A stretch of DNA of 64,000 nt, from NCBI GenBank assembly GCA_963727775.1, contig CAVSHB010000002.1:239428-303427 (forward strand), read 5' to 3'. The notes under the pieces are model-generated. The model saw only the letters and a program-made list of their open reading frames with translations, had not been told where the DNA came from and made no database searches. Position 1 is the first letter of the stretch. Every line of letters begins with the position of its first letter. Below, in pieces: positions 50,195 through 59,329 of this stretch. The stretch is from an uncultured Nitrospiraceae bacterium (GTDB taxonomy: Bacteria > Nitrospirota > Thermodesulfovibrionia > Thermodesulfovibrionales > SM23-35). Both the position numbers and the translations under genes were made by a program.

Positions 50195-50257
50195 GAATTC
50201 ACATAATCTTAAAATATTGGTCATAACCATGACATTAAATGACAGTCCGGTTAGTGT

Positions 50258-53257
50258 TCATAGCGGCACATGGAATTCTATCTCTTTCTCGCCCGCAAGG
50301 AATCTTTTCCTCATCACTTGTACTCGTACGGATTCATAGGGCTTCTTATGGCAAAGTGCAATTCTGACATCCTCAACCGTCTGAATTTTCCATCCATCCA
50401 CTAATATAACTGCATCTCCCTTCTTCATCCCGGCTTTCAGCGCGGGGCTGTCAGGAGAAAAATCTTCAATGATCACTCTGCCGTCTTTCCCCCGGAGTAT
50501 GGCTCCCAGCTTTGCGCTGAAAGGCGGTTTAATGCTGTCCGCGAAGATTACGTAGTTCCCAATGCCTTCATCGAAGGCCCCGTTAATGAGAGTGGCATAT
50601 TCCCTGCCGGTCAGCCTGTGAAGTCGGGCGGGTATCCCCGAACCATACATGATATGCTCCACTCCGGCCAGCACCACGAGTTGATAGGCCGGCTTTTCTC
50701 TGAGAAAAGCAGCCGCCGAATGGGCCATCGTTTCGTCCCATAGTATCTGCGACTGGTAAAAATTGTCGAATTTTGTTCCGGCGGGATGGCTTTCAAAAAC
50801 ATTCTTCAGTCTCTCCCTGTAAGCATAATCGGACATATCCATGTCTTGCGGTATCTCCTTTTTCTCTTCCACGGAAAGGGAGTCGAGTCCGCCTGAGGCG
50901 ACTTTGTGGACAACTTCCGACTTGAGGTTAAGCGCTACGATTGGGATTCCCTTGTCCCTAGCAAATTCGATGATTTCCCTGTACTGGCTGTAATCAAGCC
51001 CCCACCTCTTGAAGTATTCCGATTTTTTCAGAAACTCCTTCTCATCGGTCTTCCCGGATATGTAATTGTCTATCGCCTCCTGAAAGGGCTTCTGGAACAT
51101 CTCCATGCCGATGGCGAATTTCTTTCCTTTTTTGTATAGCTCCATGATTACGCTGAGTTCCACTTTATGGTCCTCGTAATTCGCGTGCCTTTCACCAATG
51201 AATATGAGCGGCTTTTCAGCGACGTTGTCTATAATCTGTTCGAGTGCCGGTAATTTTTTCGGTACAACGCCTACCATCGGTTCGCCGATGGCGAATATCA
51301 TGCCCCGGTTCGCCTTTGCGATATCTTTTTCCACATTCTCCCCTTTTTCGAAACGGACACTCGTATATTTCCCGTAGTGGAATATTTTCTTCACAACAGA
51401 AACTACCTCTTCAGGGGAGTCAGCGTTTGCGCATGCAATTACTTTCCCGTTATTCAGCGGGTTGTCCCTCACCGTTAGAGTGAACCCTCGTCCGGGTTTT
51501 TTCGATCCTGCGAAAAGCCTTCCAATCACAGGGCTTTCATAACCCAAAATAAGTAAGGATGAAGTCCGGATATCTTCATCCTTCAAGTCCTTAGTTTCTT
51601 TGAGCATAAAACCGTTATCCCTGAAGGTTTCGATCAGGCTGCCGTATATACTTTTTTCGCTTTCTGAATACACTATCAATCTCTTTTCGTCTCCGAGGAG
51701 TCTCGATATGACAGGCGGGAATTCGTCTTCTCTGAGCCTCCTCATGATGTCATAGCCTTCATCGATTACGAGTGTCCGGGGGGTTTCATCGGTGGTGATT
51801 TCGATATACTGCCTTTGTGTCCCGAATTCCAATGTCTTTTTTGTATCTCCCTTTCCGGTGATAATGGATGCTGAAAGGCTTAATTTATAAGGCTCTCCCT
51901 CCTGTTCAAGCCTGAATGAAGCGGAATGGACTCCGTTCAGGACGAGGTCCCGCTGATCTTTCACAGCGATGGAGGGGACCCCTTTCCGGTCCAGCCACTG
52001 GCTGAAAAACCAGCCCAGGTCTTTCCCATATTCTTTTTCGAAAGATTTTTTTATGTTTTCCCATGTGGCGTTCCTGAAATGGTTGCTTTCTATAAGCAGT
52101 CTCAACGACCGATAGAAAGTTTCCTCCCCGACAAGGCTCCGGAGCATATGAAAGAGCATTGTCCCCTTCCCGTATCCTATGGCCATCGATGCAAAACCGG
52201 TCCTCTCGGAAAAAGCTCTCAGGGGAAAGTCCTTCTCCGGCGTTACATAACTCTGGTAATCCGCGAGGATTTTTTTCCTGTATTCCCAGCCTTTCCCTTT
52301 CTGTTCTTCATAGCGATAGTCCGAAAGGAAGGTGGTTATAGCCTCAAGCCAATTGCCTTTCTGAAAATCTGCGAATACATAATTGCCGAACCACTGATGT
52401 GTAATCTCATGCCCCAGTGATGTCCGCACGATGAAGGGAAGGCGAACGACTTCCTGTCCCAGCAGCGTAAAAGTCGGCATCGAGTATCCTGTCGGCAGGA
52501 TATTCTCGACAACGGAAAAGCGTTTGTAAGGGTAGGGGACCAGCAGCGCGCTGTACATCTCCAGATAAGTCTTAGTGTGTTCAAGATAAGTATCGGCAAG
52601 TGACAAGTCTTCGGGGAAAAAGTATGCATAAATATCTATGCCGCCTACGCTGCGTTTAATCTCTTTGTAATTGCCCGCGGCGAAGTGTATCCCATTAACG
52701 GGATGAGGGAAGGAGAACGAATATTCCTTGCCGGAGGGCGTTTCTCTTGATGTTATTTCTTCAGCTTCCGATATCGCTGTGAATCCGGAGGGGACAAGAG
52801 CGGAAAGCCTGTAGTAGGCGAGCCCTTTCAGAGACGGGTACCAATTGCCGGTGAGGGAGATGCCGTCAGTGCTTACAATATCTCCGGAAACCGCACTGCC
52901 ATCTTCAAGTTTTTTGACTTTTCCCTGCACTCCTCTGAATGTGCCTTCATATTTTATTTCGAGCGTGCCTTTTCCTGACACCTCTATAATGCCGTCCCTT
53001 TTTTTGTATTCAACAGGGTTTCCGTTCAGACCGGCGGACAGAATCCTTAGATTGCCTGTAAAGACTACGATGTCCTGCGACTCCGGGAAGGTGATCTGCG
53101 CGGAGCCTTTAAGGGAATTTTCCTTCAGATCGAAAGAGACGAAAAGATTGAAGGTAGGCATAGATTTTTGTATGTCCTCTGCAAAACACGGTCTAGCGAA
53201 AATGGCCATGATCGCGGACATTAAGAGAAGGGACAGTTTTATTCTATTTATTGACAT
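50258..53257 (-). CDS. secreted M1-family aminopeptidase - ChaN/Tiki-like domain - PDZ fusion protein
   Basis: Signal peptide; GHEITHQWFGN (HExxHx18E-type M1 motif); ChaN-like IFIGERHANYEDH...; C-terminal PDZ (GDAVILVDG). Confidence 0.6.
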   Translation of the reverse strand: MSINRIKLSLLLMSAIMAIFARPCFAEDIQKSMPTFNLFVSFDLKENSLKGSAQITFPESQDIVVFTGNLRILSAGLNGNPVEYKKRDGIIEVSGKGTLEIKYEGTFRGVQGKVKKLEDGSAVSGDIVSTDGISLTGNWYPSLKGLAYYRLSALVPSGFTAISEAEEITSRETPSGKEYSFSFPHPVNGIHFAAGNYKEIKRSVGGIDIYAYFFPEDLSLADTYLEHTKTYLEMYSALLVPYPYKRFSVVENILPTGYSMPTFTLLGQEVVRLPFIVRTSLGHEITHQWFGNYVFADFQKGNWLEAITTFLSDYRYEEQKGKGWEYRKKILADYQSYVTPEKDFPLRAFSERTGFASMAIGYGKGTMLFHMLRSLVGEETFYRSLRLLIESNHFRNATWENIKKSFEKEYGKDLGWFFSQWLDRKGVPSIAVKDQRDLVLNGVHSASFRLEQEGEPYKLSLSASIITGKGDTKKTLEFGTQRQYIEITTDETPRTLVIDEGYDIMRRLREDEFPPVISRLLGDEKRLIVYSESEKSIYGSLIETFRDNGFMLKETKDLKDEDIRTSSLLILGYESPVIGRLFAGSKKPGRGFTLTVRDNPLNNGKVIACANADSPEEVVSVVKKIFHYGKYTSVRFEKGENVEKDIAKANRGMIFAIGEPMVGVVPKKLPALEQIIDNVAEKPLIFIGERHANYEDHKVELSVIMELYKKGKKFAIGMEMFQKPFQEAIDNYISGKTDEKEFLKKSEYFKRWGLDYSQYREIIEFARDKGIPIVALNLKSEVVHKVASGGLDSLSVEEKKEIPQDMDMSDYAYRERLKNVFESHPAGTKFDNFYQSQILWDETMAHSAAAFLREKPAYQLVVLAGVEHIMYGSGIPARLHRLTGREYATLINGAFDEGIGNYVIFADSIKPPFSAKLGAILRGKDGRVIIEDFSPDSPALKAGMKKGDAVILVDGWKIQTVEDVRIALCHKKPYESVRVQVMRKRFLAGEKEIEFHVPL

Positions 53258-53394
53258 AATATTCCTTTCCAAAGAAACGGCTTCTTTCGGGTATCCCAAA
53301 TATTATATCAGTTCGGCCTGCTGGCTTGCCTTTCCAATCTCAAAGGTCTTAGCCTGCATAATTCATAAGATCGCTGACAGATATAGTATTTGCA

Positions 53395-53484
53395 CGGTTT
53401 TAAATTCTTTCGAAGAAAGAATTTACCTCGGAGGCCCGATTTGTACCGGGCCGAGAATGAGCGCAAATACTGTATTTGTCGGCC
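53395..53484 (+). repeat. REP-like palindromic element, copy A
   Basis: CTCGGAGGCCCGATTTGTACCGGGCCGAG hairpin core. Reverse-complement copy at 56118-56228. Confidence 0.7.
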
Positions 53485-53541
53485 CATTCAAATTCTATGA
53501 ATCACATGAGTCAGGCCACTTTATGCATACAATGGGGTTAT

Positions 53542-53648
53542 CAATAATGGCGGGCACGGTATTTTCGCTCATTCTCGGCCGTGCCGGCCTCCGAGGTTTT
53601 CGCTTATCAGCGAAAAAAACCGCTCAAATGCCGTGCCCGCCATTATTG
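53542..53648 (-). repeat. REP-like palindromic element, copy A' (opposite orientation; long hairpin AATGGCGGGCACGG / CCGTGCCCGCCATT)
   Basis: Shares GCTCATTCTCGGCC..GGCCTCCGAGG with copies A and B. Confidence 0.6.
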
Positions 53649-53728
53649 ACAATACTTCATGAATAATAAGTATCGGACATGCCTTATGCTATAATTTGGC
53701 CTAAGAATTATCGAGAGTTTTTCAGAAA

Positions 53729-54919
53729 ATGGCGCAGGAGAATAATCATCTATCAAAAAAAGATGTCGTGATCATAGGCGCCGGAGCTGCAGGCCTTATG
53801 TGTGCGATAGAGGCCGGGAAACGGCACCGCTCGGTCCTTGTCCTTGAACACAAGAATAAGATAGGGAATAAAATCAGGGTTTCAGGAGGCGGCCGCTGCA
53901 ATTTCACCAATATAAATCTGCTGTCTGAAAATTACCTTTCTGCCAACCCACACTTCTGTAAATCCGCGCTTGCACGTTTTACGCCCCATGATTTCATCGC
54001 TATGGTAGAAAGGCACGGGATTGCATATTACGAAAAGGAAAAAGGCCGGCTCTTTTGCCACGGGACCTCGGGGGATATCGTCAGGATGCTCCATGAGGAA
54101 TGCCGCAGCGCGGGTGTTGAAATGCGCTTGAATTGCAGAGTCGGAAGCATAATGAGAACCGACCACTTCTCTATCTCAACGAACTTCGGCAATATAGAAG
54201 CGGACTCTTTGGTTATTGCAACAGGCGGATTGTCTTATCCGCAACTCGGCGCAACGGACATGGGGTTCCGAATAGCCCGGAGGTTCGGGATTAAGGCCAC
54301 TCAACTGAAACCGGCATTGGTGCCTCTTGTTTTCGGTCACCAGGATTTGAAAAAGTACGCTGAATTGAGCGGAGTTTCATTTGATGCGATGGTTGAATGC
54401 AGAGGCAGGCAATTCCGGGAAGAAATCCTTTTTACTCACACGGGCCTAAGTGGGCCTGCTATCCTTCAGGTCTCATCCTATTGGGAACGCGGGGATACGA
54501 TCATTATAGATCTGATGCCCGACACGGAAGCATATGAACTTTTTATGTCGAAACGCGGCAGCAGAATGGAGTTGAGCAACCTTCTCGCGGAACATCTTCC
54601 CAGGAGATTCAGCCACAGGTGGTGCGATATAAATACACCTTCAAGGCCATTATGCCGATTTACGGAAAAGGAGCTTAAGGAAATAGCGCATCTGATACAC
54701 CACTGGACAATAAAGCCCGAAGGGACCGGGGGCTATAAAAATGCGGAGATTACAGCAGGCGGAATAGACACTGATGAACTGTCATCCAGGACCATGGAAA
54801 CAAAAAAAGTGCCCGGCCTCTATTTCGCCGGAGAGGTCATTGATGTCGCCGGACAGCTCGGAGGCTATAACCTTCAATGGGCCTGGTCCTCAGGATTTGT
54901 TGCAGGCCAGTATGCGTAA
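53729..54919 (+). CDS. NAD(P)/FAD-dependent oxidoreductase, HI0933/BaiN family flavoprotein
   Basis: VVIIGAGAAGLMCA (Rossmann dinucleotide-binding motif); GGGRCNFTN. Confidence 0.75.
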   Translation: MAQENNHLSKKDVVIIGAGAAGLMCAIEAGKRHRSVLVLEHKNKIGNKIRVSGGGRCNFTNINLLSENYLSANPHFCKSALARFTPHDFIAMVERHGIAYYEKEKGRLFCHGTSGDIVRMLHEECRSAGVEMRLNCRVGSIMRTDHFSISTNFGNIEADSLVIATGGLSYPQLGATDMGFRIARRFGIKATQLKPALVPLVFGHQDLKKYAELSGVSFDAMVECRGRQFREEILFTHTGLSGPAILQVSSYWERGDTIIIDLMPDTEAYELFMSKRGSRMELSNLLAEHLPRRFSHRWCDINTPSRPLCRFTEKELKEIAHLIHHWTIKPEGTGGYKNAEITAGGIDTDELSSRTMETKKVPGLYFAGEVIDVAGQLGGYNLQWAWSSGFVAGQYA

Positions 54920-55499
54920 TATGAAAACCATCATACTCGCGTCAGCTTCTCCGAGAAGAAAAGAGATACTCGAAAAAACGGGCCTGAAATTTAGAACCGA
55001 TGAAAGCGATTACGAAGAGAAGATGGTATCCGGGCTGAAACCCCATGAGCTTGCCGTATTGCTTTCACGCAAAAAGGCAAGGGTCGTTGCCCGCAGATAC
55101 AGGGACGCTATCATAATTGCTGCTGATACGGTCGTCGTATTAAGGGGCAGGCTTTTCGGAAAACCCCGCGACGCGGAAGAGGCAAGGAAGATGCTTAAGG
55201 CCCTGAGCGGAAAGTCTCATTACGTAATCACCGGTTTTACGATAATAGATACGGAAATCAAAAAAGAGCTGTCCCGGTCAATAGAAACAAAGGTCTTTTT
55301 TAAAAGGCTGAGCGCTGTTGAGATAGAGGCTTACATAAGGTCCGGCGAGCCCCTGGATAAGGCCGGGGCTTATGGTATTCAGGGACTTGGCGCCGTGATT
55401 GTAAAAAAAATGGAAGGGGACTTCTTTAATGTGATGGGCCTTCCTTTGAACGCTGTGGTCGAGAGCCTGAAGAAGTTCGGAATAAATGTATTAGCTTAG
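54912..55499 (+). CDS. maf: Maf-family nucleoside triphosphate pyrophosphatase
   Basis: ILASASPRRKEIL...ADTVV...GKP...G..GI. Overlaps the upstream stop. Confidence 0.8.
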   Translation: MRNMKTIILASASPRRKEILEKTGLKFRTDESDYEEKMVSGLKPHELAVLLSRKKARVVARRYRDAIIIAADTVVVLRGRLFGKPRDAEEARKMLKALSGKSHYVITGFTIIDTEIKKELSRSIETKVFFKRLSAVEIEAYIRSGEPLDKAGAYGIQGLGAVIVKKMEGDFFNVMGLPLNAVVESLKKFGINVLA

Positions 55500-55641
55500 G
55501 CCCTCAAATAAAATTGACTGCACATATTTCTGCCTTATTTAGATTGCGCGAAATATTAGTATGGATTTTGATGCTGTAAAGCAATATAATTAATAAAATT
55601 GTTATATAAAATAATTGTGAAACGAATTTGGGAGGAGAGCC

Positions 55642-56001
55642 ATGATATCAACACTCGAAGAATTAAAAACGGAAAGAAAGATTATTAATGACATCGATTG
55701 GGAAATGACGCCTGAAATGGCTGTCCGGATGTATTTGGAATGGGGGAACATCTGGTCCCATGGGGAGGACCGAAGACATATAGTCCGTTCCAAAAGCGAT
55801 TATTCGGTCTATTTTGTAGTATACTGCTGGGAAAAACCTTATTATATTTACCTCATGAGAAGAAATTCCGAAGACGCGGTGGAGCTTGCAAAAATAGAAT
55901 TGCCTGAAAGGTTTGAAAAAACAGTATGCAAGCTTAAAGGGGTATATGCGCTTGAAGGTGAACTCAAAGAATGGATGAGAAAAGAATTAAACGCCGCTTG
56001 A
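55642..56001 (+). CDS. hypothetical protein (AT-rich)
   Basis: 119 aa ORF with RBS ggaggag. Confidence 0.4.
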   Translation: MISTLEELKTERKIINDIDWEMTPEMAVRMYLEWGNIWSHGEDRRHIVRSKSDYSVYFVVYCWEKPYYIYLMRRNSEDAVELAKIELPERFEKTVCKLKGVYALEGELKEWMRKELNAA

Positions 56002-56117
56002 AAGATGACCGAACGCATTACTATTTGACTAAATAATAATGCGTTCAACTGAAAATATCTGCCGAACAATATTGTGATTTCATATTTAACCCACTTAATT
56101 CATGAAATTTGCGGCTG

Positions 56118-56228
56118 CCGACAAATACAATATTTGCGCTCATTCTCGGCCCGGTACAGATCGGGCCTCCGAGGTAAATTCTTTCTTCGAAAGAATTTAA
56201 AACCGCTTAAATACTGTATCTGTCGGCA
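56118..56228 (-). repeat. REP-like palindromic element, copy B (inverted relative to copy A)
   Basis: Reverse complement matches 53395-53484 at about 95%. Confidence 0.7.
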
Positions 56229-56305
56229 ATCTTATGAATAGTGTAAGTTTAGATTGATTATCAGTTATGTCCGGGTATCGAACTTCGACGGACAAGGAGA
56301 GATGA

Positions 56306-58586
56306 ATGGAGATAAAGGAAGCACATTTTTCAATTATTTCTGAAGAGCTTGAGATAAAGACGGCACAGGTTAAGGCAACGGCCCTGCTTCTCGGAGAAGG
56401 GGCGACCGTGCCGTTTATAGCGAGATACAGAAAAGAGGCTACCGGAAGCCTTGACGAGGTTGCCGTCACAGCTATCAGGGACAGGCTGGAGCAGTTAGCT
56501 GAATTGGACCAAAGGCGTGAAGCAGTCTTGAAGTCTCTCGATGAACGGGGGCTCATTACGGACGAGTTAAGGGGGAAGGTCGCAGGCGCCTCCTCTTTAA
56601 CAGAACTCGAAGATATCTATCTGCCCTTCAGACCGAAACGCCGCACAAGGGCCACTGCGGCAAAAGAGAAGGGTCTCGAACCTTTGGCAGCAATGATTTT
56701 TGAACAGGGCGAAATCGACCCCGAGACTGAAGCCACTTCTTTTGTCGATCTGGAAAAAGGGGTCGAAACTGTTGAGGAAGCCCTTTCCGGCGCACGCGAT
56801 ATCATTGCTGAATGGGTAACCGAGGACCAGAAGGCCAGGGAAAAGATGCGTGAACTCTATTCCCGCAAAGGAGTGATGAAGTCAAAAGTCATCTCCGCGA
56901 AGGAAGAAGAAGGGATAAAGTACCGCGACTATTACGGATGGGAAGAGCCGGCTTCGAAGTCTCCTTCGCACAGGGTCCTTGCCATACGCCGGGGCGAAGA
57001 AGGAGGGCTTTCTCAGTTTGCGGATTGTCCCGCCTGAAGATGAGGCTATTACACTCCTTGAAGCTCTTTTCATAAAAGGCGCATCTCCGGCATCCGAACA
57101 GGTAAAGACTGCTGTAATCGACAGTTTTAAAAGACTTCTCTCACTCTCGATTGAGACAGAGATACGCCTTGCGCTGAAAAAACGGGCAGATGAAGAGGCG
57201 ATCAGGGTATTTGCAGAGAATCTGAGACAGCTTCTTCTTGCTCCACCGCTCGGAGGGAAAAACGTTCTGGCGATCGATCCCGGCTTTAGGACCGGCTGCA
57301 AGGTTGTCTGCCTCGATAGACAGGGAAAGTTATTGGAGAATGATACAATTTATCCCCTTTTTTCGGATAAGGGCACATCGGAGGCAGCGGCGAAGATCAG
57401 GCAACTCTGTGAAAGGTTCGGGATAGAAGCTATCGCGATAGGAAACGGTACCGCCGGTAGGGAAACCGAGACCTTTGTTATGGGCATCGGTTTGCCGGAG
57501 AATATTGCGGTTGTAATGGTGAACGAAAGCGGCGCGTCAATCTATTCGGCTTCCGAGGTGGCGCGTGAAGAATTCCCGGACCGGGATGTAACGGTGCGTG
57601 GCGCTGTTTCGATCGGGAGAAGGCTGATAGACCCTTTGGCGGAGCTGGTTAAGATCGATCCTAAATCGATCGGGGTCGGACAATACCAGCACGATGTCGA
57701 CCAGCCAGCCCTAAAAAAGAGCCTCGATGACGTTGTTATCAGCTGCGTGAACGGCGTAGGGGTTGAGGTGAATACCGCGAGCAAAGAACTTCTTACTTAC
57801 GTCTCCGGGTTGGGTCCGCAGCTTGCGAGAAACATCGTAGCATTCAGAAATGATAACGGACCGCTTAGGTCGAGGAAAGACCTCATGAAAGTCCCACGCC
57901 TGGGGCCGAAGGCCTTTGAACAGGCAGCGGGTTTCCTCCGTATCAGGGATGGGGAGAACCCTCTCGACAGAAGCGCAGTGCATCCCGAAAGTTATCACAT
58001 CGTTGATACGATGGCGAAGGATATGGGATGTCCCATAGTCGAACTTATGGAAGACGAGTCTCTCAGAAAGACGATTGATATTACCCGCTATGTGACCGAT
58101 ACGGTCGGAATTCCCACCTTAAGCGACATCATGGCCGAGCTTTCCCGGCCCGGCCGCGACCCGAGAGATAAATATGAATCTTTCCGGTTCACAGAAGGCA
58201 TCGAGAAGCTGGAAGACGTGAAGCCCGGGATGAAGCTCCCTGGGATCGTTACGAATATAACCGCTTTCGGGGTCTTTGTGGACATCGGCGTTCATCAGGA
58301 CGGCCTTATTCATATCAGTGAACTTTCCGACAGGTATGTGAAAAATCCTGCAGAGGTGGTGAAGGTCCATCAGAAGGTCTTTGTGACCGTCTTTGATGTG
58401 GACCTCCAGAGGAAGCGAATCTCCCTATCGATGAAAAGCAAGCCGGTTAAAACCGATGGACAGCCCGAGGCAAAGGAAAAAATAAAAGTAAACAGCGAGG
58501 CCATGAAGGAAAAGAAAGAAAAAAAAGGTAGTAGGCCGAAGCGGTTTGTGAATAACCCTTTTTACGAGGCACTCAGGAAGAAGTGA
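56306..58586 (+). pseudogene. tex: transcription accessory protein Tex with +1 frameshift in a G-run near 57003-57007 (or sequencing error)
   Basis: Two overlapping ORFs (56306-57037, 56979-58586). The second frame continues ...AIRRGEE|GFLSLRIVPPED. YqgF/HhH/S1 domains follow. Confidence 0.65.
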
Positions 58587-58618
58587 GCTCAGCAGGCGAG
58601 CTGGAATTGTCTATTACC

Positions 58619-58885
58619 TTACCTGAATCGATCTATGAGTTTATGCGTACCGACAAAATAAAGCTTATAAATGTTGCCTTCCTGCTGGAAAATACACCTA
58701 TAGAAGTCGTCTACATAAAACTCCCAGAAATCAGAACCTTCAAGCTTGTGTATTTTTAAGGAAGGAAGTTTTGGATTATCGTTGAGAAGGGATATTTGTT
58801 TTTTAAATTTTTTCTTTATACCTTTGGGTAATTCATCGTACTGCGCAAAGAAATCCGGCTCTATGGATATGAGATAGTTGCTCAA
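58619..58885 (-). CDS. RelE/ParE-superfamily toxin-like protein
   Basis: 88 aa; overlaps the upstream antitoxin by 4 nt. Confidence 0.5.
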   Translation of the reverse strand: MSNYLISIEPDFFAQYDELPKGIKKKFKKQISLLNDNPKLPSLKIHKLEGSDFWEFYVDDFYRCIFQQEGNIYKLYFVGTHKLIDRFR

Positions 58886-59157
58886 TCTCTCTTTCCCAGT
58901 TCCTTTAGAAGCTCATCAACTTTATATGTCTTAGACCTGCCTTCTCTGAATGTCTTTTCAGCCTTCCTTATCTTTTCCTGTACCTCCTCAGACCAGAACC
59001 ACGCCTGTGAGCGGGGAATGTGGATGGAGGGCTCAAGAACGAGCTTTCCTTCCCGTACCTCCAGAATAAGCTGATCACCTTCCTTTATGTGAAGTATTTC
59101 ACACACATCTTTCGGTATGGCTATCTGCCGTTTCGGCGAAACTGTCAGTGTCTTCAT
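58882..59157 (-). CDS. AbrB/MazE-type antitoxin (swapped-hairpin DNA-binding domain)
   Basis: VSPKRQIAIPKDVCEILHIKEGDQLIL motif. Confidence 0.6.
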   Translation of the reverse strand: MKTLTVSPKRQIAIPKDVCEILHIKEGDQLILEVREGKLVLEPSIHIPRSQAWFWSEEVQEKIRKAEKTFREGRSKTYKVDELLKELGKRD

Positions 59158-59329
59158 AACTCAATCTCCTTACAAAATTTTACTGCTTAGTAAAATAGTA
59201 AAATAATTTTACTATTTTGTCAACGCTTATTGAAGTCCGTCAGATTCGGGATCAACTTCTGTAACTAATGACGTACAAAGAACGATAGATATGCATATTT
59301 GAAGTAACCGAAAAATTATTTTACGCCCA

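Noticed and set aside
50101-50200. A complete tRNA gene
   Set aside because: Only the T-arm and acceptor 3' strand fold. Upstream sequence gives no D-arm, no anticodon stem, and no 5' acceptor strand complementary to CACCGGC.
52845-53666. 273-aa plus-strand ORF
   Set aside because: Mostly antisense to the well-supported M1-peptidase gene and extending across REP-like hairpins; no family features.
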